DNA from: an uncultured Gaiellales bacterium
GTDB lineage: Bacteria; Actinomycetota; Thermoleophilia; RBG-16-64-13
Assembly: GCA_964497095.1 (NCBI GenBank)
Contig: CAZCCL010000005.1
Location: 1 to 53,063, forward strand
DNA length: 53,063 bases
Direction: 5' to 3'
The notes under the pieces are model-generated. The model was not told the origin of the DNA. It was given only the letters and a program-made list of their open reading frames with translations, and did no database searches. A program made the translations under genes and the position numbers. Each line of letters begins with the position of its first letter. Position 1 is the first letter of the stretch. Below, piece after piece: positions 1 to 13,111 of this stretch.

Positions 1-1359
<1,359 letters not shown>

Positions 1360-1363
<4 letters not shown>

Positions 1364-3231
1364 TCGGGGGGAATGGGCAGCAGGGACTGGGCCACTGCCA
1401 GCAACTCCTCCTTGCTGAGGAGATACGAGAGGGTGTTGGACACCCAGTACAGCACCCCGTCGGCCCTCCACCAGACACGCTCCACCTTCTGGTTGGTGCC
1501 GACGATGGTGAAAGTGGTCCCGGCATCATCGACCTCCACGCCTTTCCCGGCAGCGGGGGCGTCCAGCCAGGTGGTCTCGGTGATGCCCATGTACTGGTCG
1601 GTGTACTCACCGTCTTCGATCAGGCGGTACAGCATCTTGAAGGCGGGGGCGGTGCCGCCACCCGTGTCGATATCGTAGGTCGCGCCCTCGGGTGGCATCC
1701 GCTCCACGAATCGGTAGCCGTCGGGAAGATAGGCCGGCGCCCTTACTGCGAAGGGGACCATCCGGGCGATCGTCTTCCAACCGCCCGCGTCGGGGATGTT
1801 GCTCGGGTCGGGGGGCGGGGCGTATTCCGCCGGAAGGGAGAAGTCCTCGCCGAGGAAGACGGTGACGCGCTCCACGGCGCTGTTCTTCTTGACCGATTCG
1901 GCTTCGACCACCGCACCCACCTGTTCGGCTTCCGCCCACATACCAGAGGGATACTCGACGGAAGTGGCCGTCTGGACGGAGCGGTCGGCGTTCCCCACGG
2001 TGCGGACCGTCGCTCCCAAGCTGCTCAGCCATTCCCCGGCCGCCGCGGCTGTTCCTGCGCGGCCGTTCGCGTTCAGCACGTCGACCTCCGTGCCGTTGAG
2101 GACGGCTTCATTACCGGCGCTGCTCCGAGAGGAACCGGCGCCCGTCGCTGTCGTAGTCGTCGACGAAACGGTGCCGGAGACCGTCTGCCCCGGATCGGGC
2201 GGCATGAGGAAGCTGCTCACCGCTTCGGCGATGACGTCCTCATCGACGAGGACGTACGAGGCGCCCCCGATGGTGTCGGTCGCCCCGACCACACTGAGCT
2301 GGCGGATGCGGCCACCATCGAGCCCTATTCCCCAATAGGCGAGCTTGAGGATGTCATTGGCTCCCAGATCGGTATCCACGTTCTTGAAAAGAGCGGTGAC
2401 CAGCCTCGGCAGCTTGAAGGGCAGATCCCAGCCCATCGCCTGCTCCCGCACCGCGCCCAGGAAACGTTGCTGTCGCTCCATACGACCGAAGTCCAGGTTC
2501 TGGTCGTGCCTGAAGCGCACGTAGTCGAGGGCCTGGTCACCGTTCAGCAGCTGATAGCCGGGGGCGAGCTTGATCAGCTCCCATTCGGCGTTGTCGTTGT
2601 AGTAGCGGCGGTCGACGTCCAGGTACACCCCGCCCAGGGAGTTGGTGATGTCTCTGAAGGCGGCAAAGTCGATCTCCAGGTAGTGGTCGAGGTCGATGCC
2701 GGTCACCTGCTGGACCGTCCTGATCGTGAGAGCAGGACCTCCGTACGCATAAGCGGCATTGATCTTCGCCAGTCCGTGACCGGGGACCTCCACCCTGAGG
2801 TCACGCGGCAGCGAAAGGACGGAGAGGAAATCCCGGTCGGGATCTACGTGTACGAGGATGATGGTGTCGGAACGGCCGGGATCCCCCTCTTCGCTCTCCC
2901 GGCGATCGGATCCCAGGACGAGGAGGTTCATCCCCGTGGGGGCCTCAGGTAGCCTGGGCTCAGAATCGGGCTGCGCCTCAGCCTGGGGCTCGGATACGGA
3001 GACGGTGGTGGTACTGGGCTTCTCCGCCAGCGCGGTCTTCACTTCGGGGGACACTCGCTGGTTTGCTCCAGCGACCTGCTGCCGGAACCACAGATACGAT
3101 CCCCCGCTCACAGCCAGAGCAAGGACTATCAGGCCGACAAGGGTCCAGAGGAGGATACGCTTCCACCCTCCTCTCCTGCGGCCCTCCACCGGATACACGG
3201 TGTACGGCTTGTCAGTCAGTTTCGGCTCCAC
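1360..3231 (-). CDS. LytR-CpsA-Psr (LCP) family cell-envelope polymer transferase with LytR_C-like segment and an extra C-terminal domain
   Basis: 623-aa ORF. N-terminal TM helix (ILLWTLVGLIVLALAVSGGSYLWF). LCP core: LVLGSDRR..RSDTIILVHVDP..LSLPRDL..INAAYAYGG..RFRHD..DFGRMERQQRF. This is followed by VDVLNANGRAGTAAAAGEWL (LytR_C-like) and a domain of about 135 aa shared with the neighbouring paralog. Confidence 0.88.
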
Positions 3232-4783
3232 TCGGTATGACGATCATCGACTCGGCCACTTTGAGGAGCTCCGTCCTGTTCAGTACGTAGGAAAGGGTGT
3301 TCGAGACCCAGTACAAGACGTCCTCCTTCACCCACCAGATGCGCTCGGTCCGCTGATCGGTTCCCACGAACGTGTACGTTGTCCCGTTGCGCTCCACTTC
3401 CTGGCCGGCGCCTGCCGCCGGAGCATCGAGCCAGGGGGTCTCCATGATCCCCATGTACTGGTCGGTCTCCACTCCCTCGACATTGGTCAACCGGTAGACC
3501 ATCTTGATGGCAGGCTCGGTGTCGTCTCCCGTCACGATGTCGTAGGCGCCCCCCGTCACCGGCATCCTATCCACGTAGGCGTAGCCCTCGGGAAGGTACC
3601 CAGGGGCAAGCACCTGGAAAGGGGCAGCCGAGGCGATCTGGCGCCACAGCTTGGAGTTGGGTATCTCGTCGGGATCGGTGATGAAGGACGTGGACGTATC
3701 GGTGGCGGAACCCGCCGAGGTCGCCGACGAGGTTCCCGTTCCGCTGCTCTCGGAGTCACCGGAAGCCGCCGTCTGGCCGTCTGCAGAAGCCTCGGGCGCA
3801 TTCATCAGCTTCTGGACCGCCTCCTCCATCACCCCCTCCTCCAGGATCACGTAGGAGGCGCCGTCGATCTCCTGGATGTCCCCGATTATGGTCACCTGCC
3901 TTATGCGGGCGCTGTCGAGGCGGGCGCCCCAGTAGGCCAGGTTGAGGATATCGTTCGTGTCCAAGGTGGTGACGAGGTTGTCGAAGAGCGCGCCGATCAC
4001 CCCGGGGAGATCGAGGGCCAGGTTCCATCCCAGGGCCTGTTCCCGTATCGCGGTTATGAAACGCTGCTGCCGGTCCATGCGGCCGAAGTCGTAGTTGAGA
4101 TCGCTCCGGAAGCGCACATAGTCCAGGGCGTTAGCACCGTTGAGAAGCTGGTAACCGGGAGAGATCTTGATCGGCTCGAACTCGGGATTGTCGTTGTAGT
4201 AGCGCCGGTCGATGTCCAGATAGACCCCGCCGACCGACTCGACTATGTCGCTGAAGGCCTGGAAATCGACCTCTACGTACTCGTCTACGTCTACCCCGGT
4301 CACCTGCTCCACGGTCTTTATGCTGAGTTCCGGCCCCCCTTGGGCATAGGCCGCATTGAGCTTCTCGACGCCGTGGCCCGGCACCTCAACGCGCAGGTCT
4401 CGGGGAAGGGAGAGCATCGACAGGTAGTTCACATCGGGATCAGCGTGGACGAGGATCACCGTGTCGGAGCGGGTCTCCTCCCCGTCGTTCGTCGGCCGCT
4501 TGTCGGAACCGATGAGGATGATGTCCATCCCCGTCGGTGTGCCGATAGCGCCCTCCGACGTAGCCCCGACGGCTTCGGCGATCCCCGGGTCGGTCGGGTG
4601 GCTGCTGCGCACCTGAAGGTAGAACCACAGGTAGGAGCCTCCGGCCACCGCCAAGACCACCACCACGAAGCTCACGACAGACCACAGGATGATGCGGCGC
4701 TTTCGCCGCTTCTGCAGGTGCTCGACCGTGTAGACGGTGTAGGGCTTACTGTTCAGTGATGCGCTCCGTTCGCCGCTGGACAA
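3212..4783 (-). CDS. LytR-CpsA-Psr (LCP) family cell-envelope polymer transferase, paralog lacking the LytR_C-like segment
   Basis: 523-aa ORF. TM helix (IILWSVVSFVVVVLAVAGGSYLWF). LCP core: ILIGSDKR..RSDTVILVHADP..LSLPRDL..LNAAYAQGG..RFRSD..DFGRMDRQQRF. Same C-terminal domain as 1360..3231 (YLPEGYAYVDRMP...VLYWVSNTLSY). Overlaps the downstream paralog by 20 nt. Confidence 0.88.
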   Translation of the reverse strand: MSSGERSASLNSKPYTVYTVEHLQKRRKRRIILWSVVSFVVVVLAVAGGSYLWFYLQVRSSHPTDPGIAEAVGATSEGAIGTPTGMDIILIGSDKRPTNDGEETRSDTVILVHADPDVNYLSMLSLPRDLRVEVPGHGVEKLNAAYAQGGPELSIKTVEQVTGVDVDEYVEVDFQAFSDIVESVGGVYLDIDRRYYNDNPEFEPIKISPGYQLLNGANALDYVRFRSDLNYDFGRMDRQQRFITAIREQALGWNLALDLPGVIGALFDNLVTTLDTNDILNLAYWGARLDSARIRQVTIIGDIQEIDGASYVILEEGVMEEAVQKLMNAPEASADGQTAASGDSESSGTGTSSATSAGSATDTSTSFITDPDEIPNSKLWRQIASAAPFQVLAPGYLPEGYAYVDRMPVTGGAYDIVTGDDTEPAIKMVYRLTNVEGVETDQYMGIMETPWLDAPAAGAGQEVERNGTTYTFVGTDQRTERIWWVKEDVLYWVSNTLSYVLNRTELLKVAESMIVIPSGAETD

Positions 4784-4818
4784 CGGATTCTAGCGTGCAG
4801 CCCAGCCCGTAGCCAAGG

Positions 4819-6117
4819 TCAAAGCGACCCGCAGGTCCCCGGCCGCACGCCCGTCCTCTCCACTTCAGCGCCTAAGCTCTGGAGCTTCTCCTCAAAACGT
4901 TCGTAGCCACGGTCGAGGTGTTGGACCTCCCGCAGTTCGGTACAGCCCTCCGCGGCCAGACCGGCCGTGGCCAACGCGGCCGCCGCGCGCAGATCGGGGC
5001 AACGGACGATCGCTCCGGTGAGCGACCGGTCCCCGGTGATCACCGCGTGGTTGCCGTCCACTCTGATCTCCGCGCCCAGACGGATCAACTCGTCCACGAA
5101 TCCGAAGCGGCTCTCGAAGACGTTTTCGGTGACCACCGAGACCCCTTTGGCGATGGAGAGCAGGACCATCATCTGGGCCTGCAGATCTGTGGGGAACCCC
5201 GGGTAGGGGAGAGTGGCGACATCCGCCGCCGTGTACGAGCTTGGATCCCCACTCGCCCTGATACTGCGCGAATTCTCCTGCACCTGCACCCCGACCGATC
5301 GAAGTTTGAACAAGAAAAGCTCGAGAACGTGGGGGCCGATACCGATCACTTCGACGTCCCCGCCTGTGACGGCCCCTGCGATGAGGAACGTTCCCGCCTC
5401 TATCCGGTCTCCCAGCACCGTATGCTCGGCCGGGCGCATCTCTTCGACGCCGTTGACGCGAAGGGTGGAGCTCCCCGCTCCCTCGATGTCCGCCCCCATG
5501 CTCACCAGGAACTTGCACAGGTCGACGATCTCCGGTTCCCTGGCGGCGTTCTCCAGGACGGTGGTCCCTTCGGCCAACACGGCAGCCATGAGCAGGTTCT
5601 CGGTCGCGCCCACGCTCGGATAGTCCAGGAAGATGTTGGTCGCACGAAGCTTCTCCGCCGTGACCTCCACGAAACCGTGGTCGGAACGGACCACCCCGCC
5701 CATCTCCGCCAGCCCGCGCAGATGTATGTCGATCTTGCGCGGTCCCAGATTGCAGCCACCCGGCATCGCCACCCTTGCCCGCCCGAAGCGGGCCACGAGC
5801 GGCCCCATTATCTGAATGGAAGCCCGCATGCGCTGTACCAGATCGTACGGGGCCACGTGGGACTGCACTTCGGTCGTGTCCACCTGCATGGTGCCTTCTT
5901 CGAACGTCACCGCGGCACCCAGATACTCGAGCACCTCCTGCATGGTGCGGACATCCTGGATGTCGGGGACGTTGTGGAGCACGCCGACGCCCGACGTGAG
6001 CAAGGAGGCGGCCATAAGTTTGAGAGCCGAGTTCTTTGCTCCGGACACGGCGATCGTGCCCGACAGGCGCCGCCCGCCGCGGATGATGAGACGCGGCTCT
6101 ACAGACCCCACCGCCAT
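4819..6117 (-). CDS. murA: UDP-N-acetylglucosamine 1-carboxyvinyltransferase
   Basis: 432-aa ORF. IIRGGRRLSGTIAVSGAKNSALKLMAASLL, MPGGCNLGPRKIDIHL (active-site Cys loop) and GFPTDLQAQMMVLL are typical MurA blocks. Sits 3 nt downstream of atpC, as in Bacillus-type loci. Confidence 0.95.
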   Translation of the reverse strand: MAVGSVEPRLIIRGGRRLSGTIAVSGAKNSALKLMAASLLTSGVGVLHNVPDIQDVRTMQEVLEYLGAAVTFEEGTMQVDTTEVQSHVAPYDLVQRMRASIQIMGPLVARFGRARVAMPGGCNLGPRKIDIHLRGLAEMGGVVRSDHGFVEVTAEKLRATNIFLDYPSVGATENLLMAAVLAEGTTVLENAAREPEIVDLCKFLVSMGADIEGAGSSTLRVNGVEEMRPAEHTVLGDRIEAGTFLIAGAVTGGDVEVIGIGPHVLELFLFKLRSVGVQVQENSRSIRASGDPSSYTAADVATLPYPGFPTDLQAQMMVLLSIAKGVSVVTENVFESRFGFVDELIRLGAEIRVDGNHAVITGDRSLTGAIVRCPDLRAAAALATAGLAAEGCTELREVQHLDRGYERFEEKLQSLGAEVERTGVRPGTCGSL

Positions 6118-6120
6118 CGA

Positions 6121-6561
6121 TCAGGCCTGCTGAGCGACTTTGAGCCGGTTGCGGGCCCGACGTAGTGCCATCTGCTCGCGGTAGACGTCCACGTGCTCAC
6201 CCTCCGGCACGGTGCCGTCGCGGTGCATCTGCAGCCGTTCGGTCGCTCGTTCGATGGCCTCCTCGGCCCTGTGCGTGTCGATCTTCGAGGCCTCTTCCGC
6301 CGCGTCGGCCAGCACGATCACCTTGTTGAACTGGACCTTGACAAAGCCTTCCGCCACGGCGAAGACCAACCACGTCCCGTCGGCGGTGAGGGCCCGCAAG
6401 CGGCCGACCGCGAGTTGGACGACTATAGGCGCGTGCCTGGTCAGGATGCCCAGCTCCCCGGTGACCGACGGGACCACGACCATCTCCACGTCCCCCTCGA
6501 AGACTAAGCCGGCAGGGGCCACCAGTTCCAGGCGCAAGTAGGCGCTATCCTCCTGGGCCAC
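6121..6561 (-). CDS. atpC: F1Fo ATP synthase subunit epsilon
   Basis: 146-aa ORF directly after atpD. LELVAPAGLVFEGDVEMVVVPSVTGELGILTRHAPIV is the epsilon beta-sandwich signature. Confidence 0.95.
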   Translation of the reverse strand: MAQEDSAYLRLELVAPAGLVFEGDVEMVVVPSVTGELGILTRHAPIVVQLAVGRLRALTADGTWLVFAVAEGFVKVQFNKVIVLADAAEEASKIDTHRAEEAIERATERLQMHRDGTVPEGEHVDVYREQMALRRARNRLKVAQQA

Positions 6562-6573
6562 GTTACACCCCGT

Positions 6574-8076
<1,503 letters not shown>

Positions 8077-8967
8077 TTATCCGGTCAGGGCGTCGGCACC
8101 TGCCACCACTTCCAAGATCTCCTGGGTGATGGACGCCTGCCTGGCCCTGTTCATGGCTAGGGTCAGCTCGTCGATCATCTCATCCGCGGCTTCGGAGGCG
8201 TTCCGCATCGCCGTCATCCGGGCCCCGTGCTCACTCGCCATACCCTCCAATATCGCCCGATACACGCTGATCTCGATATAGGAGGGCAGGATATCGTCCA
8301 GGATCACCTCGGCCGAAGGCTCGAACAAGAAGTCCAGGTGCTCGCAGGCGTCCGGGGGACAGTAGAGGCTCGTAAGCTCTTCTTGGATGGGTAGTATCAC
8401 CTGGTCGGTGACGTACTGCTCCATCGGACTCTTGAAGCGGTTGAAGACCAGGTGCACCCGGTCGATCTGCTCGCTCGTGTAGCGGGTTATCACCTTGTTG
8501 GTGATGGCCTGAGCCTCGAGAAAGGCGGACCGCTCGGTGACGTCGGTGTACGTCCCCACCGGATCGTACCCGTGGAACCGGACCGTGCTGATCCCCTTCC
8601 TGCCCATGACCACGAGGTCGCTCTCGATGCCGTCGGCTGCGTACGCGTCCACCCGGTCCAAAGCCCGGCGGACGATGTTCGAGTTGAACGCCCCACACAT
8701 CCCGCGGTCGGCCGTAAGAGCGATCACCGCCACCCTCTTGATCTGAGCGTGCTTTTTGAGCAACGGGTAGGTAGTCACGTCCACCTGGAGGTAGCGGACC
8801 AGTTGGCCGATGAACTCATGCATGTGTAGGGCATAGGGACGAGTGGCCTCGATCCTCTGCTGGGCACGACGCAGGCGCGCGGCCGCCACCATCTCCATGG
8901 CCTTGGTGATCTTCCTGGTATTCCGGACCGAAAGGATCCGGCGCTTTATGTCGCGTTGCGATGCCAT
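8077..8967 (-). CDS. atpG: F1Fo ATP synthase subunit gamma
   Basis: 296-aa ORF between atpA and atpD. MASQRDIKRRILSVRNTRKITKAMEMVAAARLRRAQ and C-terminal ITQEILEVVAGADAL are gamma hallmarks. Confidence 0.96.
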   Translation of the reverse strand: MASQRDIKRRILSVRNTRKITKAMEMVAAARLRRAQQRIEATRPYALHMHEFIGQLVRYLQVDVTTYPLLKKHAQIKRVAVIALTADRGMCGAFNSNIVRRALDRVDAYAADGIESDLVVMGRKGISTVRFHGYDPVGTYTDVTERSAFLEAQAITNKVITRYTSEQIDRVHLVFNRFKSPMEQYVTDQVILPIQEELTSLYCPPDACEHLDFLFEPSAEVILDDILPSYIEISVYRAILEGMASEHGARMTAMRNASEAADEMIDELTLAMNRARQASITQEILEVVAGADALTG

Positions 8968-8974
8968 TGGACTC

Positions 8975-10498
8975 CTAAGCGGCAGCTACTTCCGCCGACC
9001 AGGTTCTCTTGAAATCCTCGACTGCCCGGCGCAGCCCGGCTTCAGTGTCCGCACTCAGATCGCCGGTCCTGGCGATCTCCGCCCCGATCTCGGGCTGTTC
9101 CCTCTTCAAGTGATCGAGCAGCGAAGCATTGAACTGCGAGACGTCGGGCACCGGAACGTCGTCCGCGTAGCCCTGAGTGGCCGCGAATATGACCATCACC
9201 TGGTCCTGCACCGGCCAGGGCACGAACTGGGGCTGATTGAGGGTGGCGACCAGGCGCTCTCCCCGGGCCAGGCTCCGCTGGGTCTCTTGGTCTAGCTCAG
9301 ACCCGAACTTGGCGAAGGCCTCGAGTTCCCGGAACTGGGAGAGATCGAGGCGCAGGGACCCGGCTACCTTCTTCATGGCCTTGATCTGGGCGTTGCCCCC
9401 TACCCGTGATACCGAGATACCCACGTTGATGGCCGGGCGGATGCCCGAGTAGAAGAGGTCGCCCTCCAAGAATATCTGACCATCGGTGATGGAGATCACG
9501 TTCGTGGGGATGTATGCGGAGACGTCCCCGGCCTGGGTCTCGATCACCGGCAGCGCGGTGAGCGAGCCTCCGCCTTCCTCGTCTCTCAGCTTGCAGGCCC
9601 GCTCGAGTAGGCGGCTGTGCAGGTAGAAGATGTCACCCGGGAAGGCTTCACGGCCCGGCGGCCGCCGCAGAAGCAGCGACATCTGTCGGTAGGCGTCGGC
9701 GTGCTTGGTGAGGTCGTCGTAGATGCAGAGGGCGTGCCGGCCCGAGTAGGTGAAGTACTCCCCCATGGCCGCTCCCGCATACGGAGCGATGTAGCGCATG
9801 GGTGCCGACGTCGACGCCGGAGCCATGATGACGATGGTGTAGTCCATAGCTCCGTGTTCTTCGAGTCGAGCCACGAGACTCGCGACCGTGGAGGCCCTCT
9901 GGCCGATGGCCACATAGATGCAGATGACGTCTTGGCCCTTCTGGTTGATGATGGTGTCCAGGGCGATGGCGGTCTTGCCGGTCCCTCGGTCACCGATGAT
10001 GAGCTCTCGTTGGCCCCGCCCGATCGGGATCATGGAATCGATGGCCTTGATGCCGGTCTGAAGCGGCTCCTTGACCGGCTGCCTCCGGACCACTCCGGGA
10101 GCCTTGAATTCCACCGGGCGGAACTCGGTGGTGTCGATGGGACCTTTATCATCGAGAGGAGCCCCGAGTGAGTTGACCACCCGCCCGATCAGGGCCTCCC
10201 CCACCGGCACCTGGATCACCTTGCCGGTCCGCTTGGCCTGATCTCCCTCTTTTATGAGGGTGTCCTCGCCCATCAGCACGGCGCCGATACTGTCTTCCTC
10301 GAGGTTGAGCACCAACCCCATGACGCCGTGTGGCAGTTCGAGCATCTCCGAAGCCACCGCGTTCTCGAGTCCCTGGATGCGCGCCACTCCATCGCCCACC
10401 TGCACGATGGTGCCCACCTCCTGCACCTCGACACCGGTCTCATAGCGCTGGATGCGCGATTTAAGGACGCTGGTGATCTCCTCAGGACGTAGCTTCAA
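8975..10498 (-). CDS. atpA: F1Fo ATP synthase subunit alpha
   Basis: 507-aa ORF. P-loop [48 protein letters not shown]. Confidence 0.98.
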   Translation of the reverse strand: MKLRPEEITSVLKSRIQRYETGVEVQEVGTIVQVGDGVARIQGLENAVASEMLELPHGVMGLVLNLEEDSIGAVLMGEDTLIKEGDQAKRTGKVIQVPVGEALIGRVVNSLGAPLDDKGPIDTTEFRPVEFKAPGVVRRQPVKEPLQTGIKAIDSMIPIGRGQRELIIGDRGTGKTAIALDTIINQKGQDVICIYVAIGQRASTVASLVARLEEHGAMDYTIVIMAPASTSAPMRYIAPYAGAAMGEYFTYSGRHALCIYDDLTKHADAYRQMSLLLRRPPGREAFPGDIFYLHSRLLERACKLRDEEGGGSLTALPVIETQAGDVSAYIPTNVISITDGQIFLEGDLFYSGIRPAINVGISVSRVGGNAQIKAMKKVAGSLRLDLSQFRELEAFAKFGSELDQETQRSLARGERLVATLNQPQFVPWPVQDQVMVIFAATQGYADDVPVPDVSQFNASLLDHLKREQPEIGAEIARTGDLSADTEAGLRRAVEDFKRTWSAEVAAA

Positions 10499-11054
10499 CT
10501 GAACCCTCCAAGTGAGCGATAGGGCTGACTAGTACTTCACGGAGCCGGTCCAACCGGTGACGCACGGTGGCATCGGCGATCCGGTCGCCGATGCGCAGTC
10601 GAAGTCCACCCAGGATCTCCTCGTCCACCGTGAGAGTGAGTTCGACGGTCTTGTCGAGCGAAGATTCGATCTTGGCCCGAAGAGCCTCCTGCAGGGAGGC
10701 GGTAAGGGGCACGGCGCTCACCACCTCGACGCGGACCAGCCCCTGCGCCTCCTCCACCAGACCCACGAACGCCCGGTAGGTCCCCTCCAACTCGGCTTCC
10801 CGGCTCTTGTCGACCATGAGGAGCAAGAGGTTGCGCACCAACTCGTCCCCGCCCGCGGTGAGCTCCAGGAGTGCCTCTCTCTTGTGCGAATCGGAGATCT
10901 CCTCGGCCACGAGGAACCGACGCAGGTCCTCAGACGACTCCACAGCTTCGACGAACTCGCCCAGGTCACGGCGGACCTCGGCCACCCGGCCTTCCTCTTC
11001 CGCCGCCTGGTACAGCGCCGTTGCGTACACTCGTGCGATCTTGCCCTCGTTCAC
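10482..11054 (-). CDS. atpH: F1Fo ATP synthase subunit delta (OSCP)
   Basis: 190-aa ORF between atpF and atpA. N-terminus [16 protein letters not shown] and length fit OSCP/delta. Overlaps atpA by 17 nt. Confidence 0.9.
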   Translation of the reverse strand: MNEGKIARVYATALYQAAEEEGRVAEVRRDLGEFVEAVESSEDLRRFLVAEEISDSHKREALLELTAGGDELVRNLLLLMVDKSREAELEGTYRAFVGLVEEAQGLVRVEVVSAVPLTASLQEALRAKIESSLDKTVELTLTVDEEILGGLRLRIGDRIADATVRHRLDRLREVLVSPIAHLEGSVEATS

Positions 11055-11063
11055 GGCGTTCTT

Positions 11064-11570
11064 CTAGTTCTCGCTGATCGTGTGCAGGTCGAGCTCGTTG
11101 ATGGCCTCCTGGATCAAGCGAAGCTGGTCGTCGCCGGACAGGCCGGTGCGCGCGACTTTTTCGGTGGCGGCGATGGTCAGGTCGGCCACCTCTTCCCGGA
11201 TCCTCTGAAGCGCCTGATTGGTGTCCCGTTCGATCTGTTGTCGGGCTTTGGCCAGGGTGGCTTCAGACTGCACCCGCGCCTCTTCCAGGACCTCAGCCTT
11301 GGTGGACTCTCCCGCCTTCCGCGCCCGGTCGACGATGACTTCCGCTTCCTGGCGAGCCTCGGCCAGCTGACGCTTGTAGTCGGCCAGCAGCTCTTGGGCC
11401 TCGTCGCGGAGCCTCTCGGCTTCGTGAATAGCCTCGTGGATCTCGTTCTGCCGTCGCTTCTGCATCCCCATGATCGGATTGAAAGCGAACTTGTAGAGAA
11501 GCCCGACCAGGATCAAGAACGTGATCGCGGACCACACGAACAGCCCTGGGCTGATCTCGAATATCTCCAT
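11064..11570 (-). CDS. atpF: F1Fo ATP synthase subunit b
   Basis: 168-aa ORF. A single N-terminal TM helix (LFVWSAITFLILVGLLYKF) is followed by a long charged helix (RQNEIHEAIHEAERLRDEAQELLADYKRQLAEARQEA). Confidence 0.92.
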   Translation of the reverse strand: MEIFEISPGLFVWSAITFLILVGLLYKFAFNPIMGMQKRRQNEIHEAIHEAERLRDEAQELLADYKRQLAEARQEAEVIVDRARKAGESTKAEVLEEARVQSEATLAKARQQIERDTNQALQRIREEVADLTIAATEKVARTGLSGDDQLRLIQEAINELDLHTISEN

Positions 11571-11633
11571 GCCGAATCTGTCAATCCTCCATTCGGGGCG
11601 GAGGGCCGCCGTTCGCCGGCAACCGTCCCCGTG

Positions 11634-11885
<252 letters not shown>

Positions 11886-11901
11886 TTACGCCGAGAAAGA
11901 C

Positions 11902-12693
11902 CTAATGCCCTGCGTAGATTGCCCCTTCTATGTATATGACCGACAGCAGCGAGAAGATGTATGCCTGGATCAAGGCCACGAAGATCTCGAAAGCGGTCAT
12001 TATCACTATGAACAGGCCCGCCGGGATGAAGACTATGGCCGAACCGAACTCCAGGATCAACCCCAGCATGACCAATATGACCAGGTGCCCGGCGATGGTA
12101 TTGCCGAAAAGCCGGACCGACAGCGACAGCGGGCGGAAGAACTCACCCATGATATGGACCACGAACGATATCCCGTTGAGGGGCACAGCCAAGGCCTTTG
12201 GCACCCCGGGAGGCAACAGCCAGGAGCGCACATAGCCACGTACCCCGTGACGATGGAAACCCTGGTATTGGGTCATCACGAAGACCACGATGGCCATGCC
12301 GAACGTGACATTGACGTTGGCCGTGGGCGTATAGGGTTTCAACGCGATCGGCTTGGGGATCAGCCCGATCAAGTTGGTGGTGAGGATGAACACGAAGATG
12401 GTGAGGATCAGATAGTAATACTTGCGGCCCTTCTCCCCGATCTGGCCGCACAGGTGACCGGTGGCGAACCCGATGAGCGTCTCCGCGAACGTCTGCATCG
12501 TGTCCGGTTCCTTGCGCAGCCGTTTGCTCACTATGAAGAAGAAGAGGAACACCACGACCGCCGAGACCCAGAGGTAGATCACCGCGTTGGTGATGGAGAA
12601 GTCGAATGGACCGATCTTGGGGATCGGGACAACGGTCTGGATGTTGAGCTCGTGGAGAGTCTCAACGACCTTGCTGGAGGACTCAGCCGCCAA
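11902..12693 (-). CDS. atpB: F1Fo ATP synthase subunit a
   Basis: 263-aa polytopic ORF. LSVRLFGNTIAGHLV contains the conserved stator Arg motif (R-L-x-x-N). Confidence 0.95.
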   Translation of the reverse strand: MAAESSSKVVETLHELNIQTVVPIPKIGPFDFSITNAVIYLWVSAVVVFLFFFIVSKRLRKEPDTMQTFAETLIGFATGHLCGQIGEKGRKYYYLILTIFVFILTTNLIGLIPKPIALKPYTPTANVNVTFGMAIVVFVMTQYQGFHRHGVRGYVRSWLLPPGVPKALAVPLNGISFVVHIMGEFFRPLSLSVRLFGNTIAGHLVILVMLGLILEFGSAIVFIPAGLFIVIMTAFEIFVALIQAYIFSLLSVIYIEGAIYAGH

Positions 12694-13006
12694 CCACGCC
12701 GCCTTCCGGGCCGTTGCCTTCGGAGGAGCGACCGCGCTTGGCCTTGACTACGTAACGATGCATCCCCACAGCCTGGAGCACGGTGAACAGCCCCAAGAAG
12801 GCTATCGCCACAGCCAGGATGTTGAGTTCGGTGAACAGCGCGAGCAGAACGAGGATCACCGCGAAGACGGTGAGCCGCACCACCAGTCCCAGCGCAGTCA
12901 ACGCCGGCACCAGCGAGCCGGACCGCCTGGTCACCAGTAGTTGGAAGCGCAGCGAGACCGCGTAGTACACGACCGCCAAGCCGAGACCGATCGCCACCGA
13001 TATCAA
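12683..13006 (-). CDS. small membrane protein at the head of the atp operon (AtpI-like)
   Basis: 107-aa ORF with a TTG start and 3-4 hydrophobic helices. Overlaps atpB by 11 nt. Position and size fit ATP synthase protein I. No diagnostic motif, and the start codon is uncertain (weak RBS). Confidence 0.55.
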   Translation of the reverse strand: MISVAIGLGLAVVYYAVSLRFQLLVTRRSGSLVPALTALGLVVRLTVFAVILVLLALFTELNILAVAIAFLGLFTVLQAVGMHRYVVKAKRGRSSEGNGPEGGVVGG

Positions 13007-13111
13007 CGTTACCGCCAGATCACCCTCCCGAACGACACGTTCGACCTCTCATCAGGAGCGACCATCCAGCCTTGCGCCTGCATGTCGATCCCCGGCCTTT
13101 TCACGAGCTAC

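Noticed and set aside
2858-4759. 633-aa plus-strand ORF, and similar long ORFs antisense to real genes: 4918..6165 +, 10557..11939 +, 13929..15107 +, 17041..18111 +, 22583..24565 +, 43559..44893 +, 48162..49145 +, 50235..51458 +, 51608..52783 +.
   Set aside because: All lie opposite or out of frame to strongly recognisable housekeeping genes. Their translations are Arg/Gly/Pro/His-rich with no recognisable motifs. Long stop-free shadow frames are expected in high-GC DNA.
13040-13060. Hammerhead-like CUGAUGAG on the minus strand of the atp leader.
   Set aside because: No stem II hairpin follows the CUGAUGA box, and no properly placed GAAA or cleavage-site helix could be drawn. The match is an isolated octamer.
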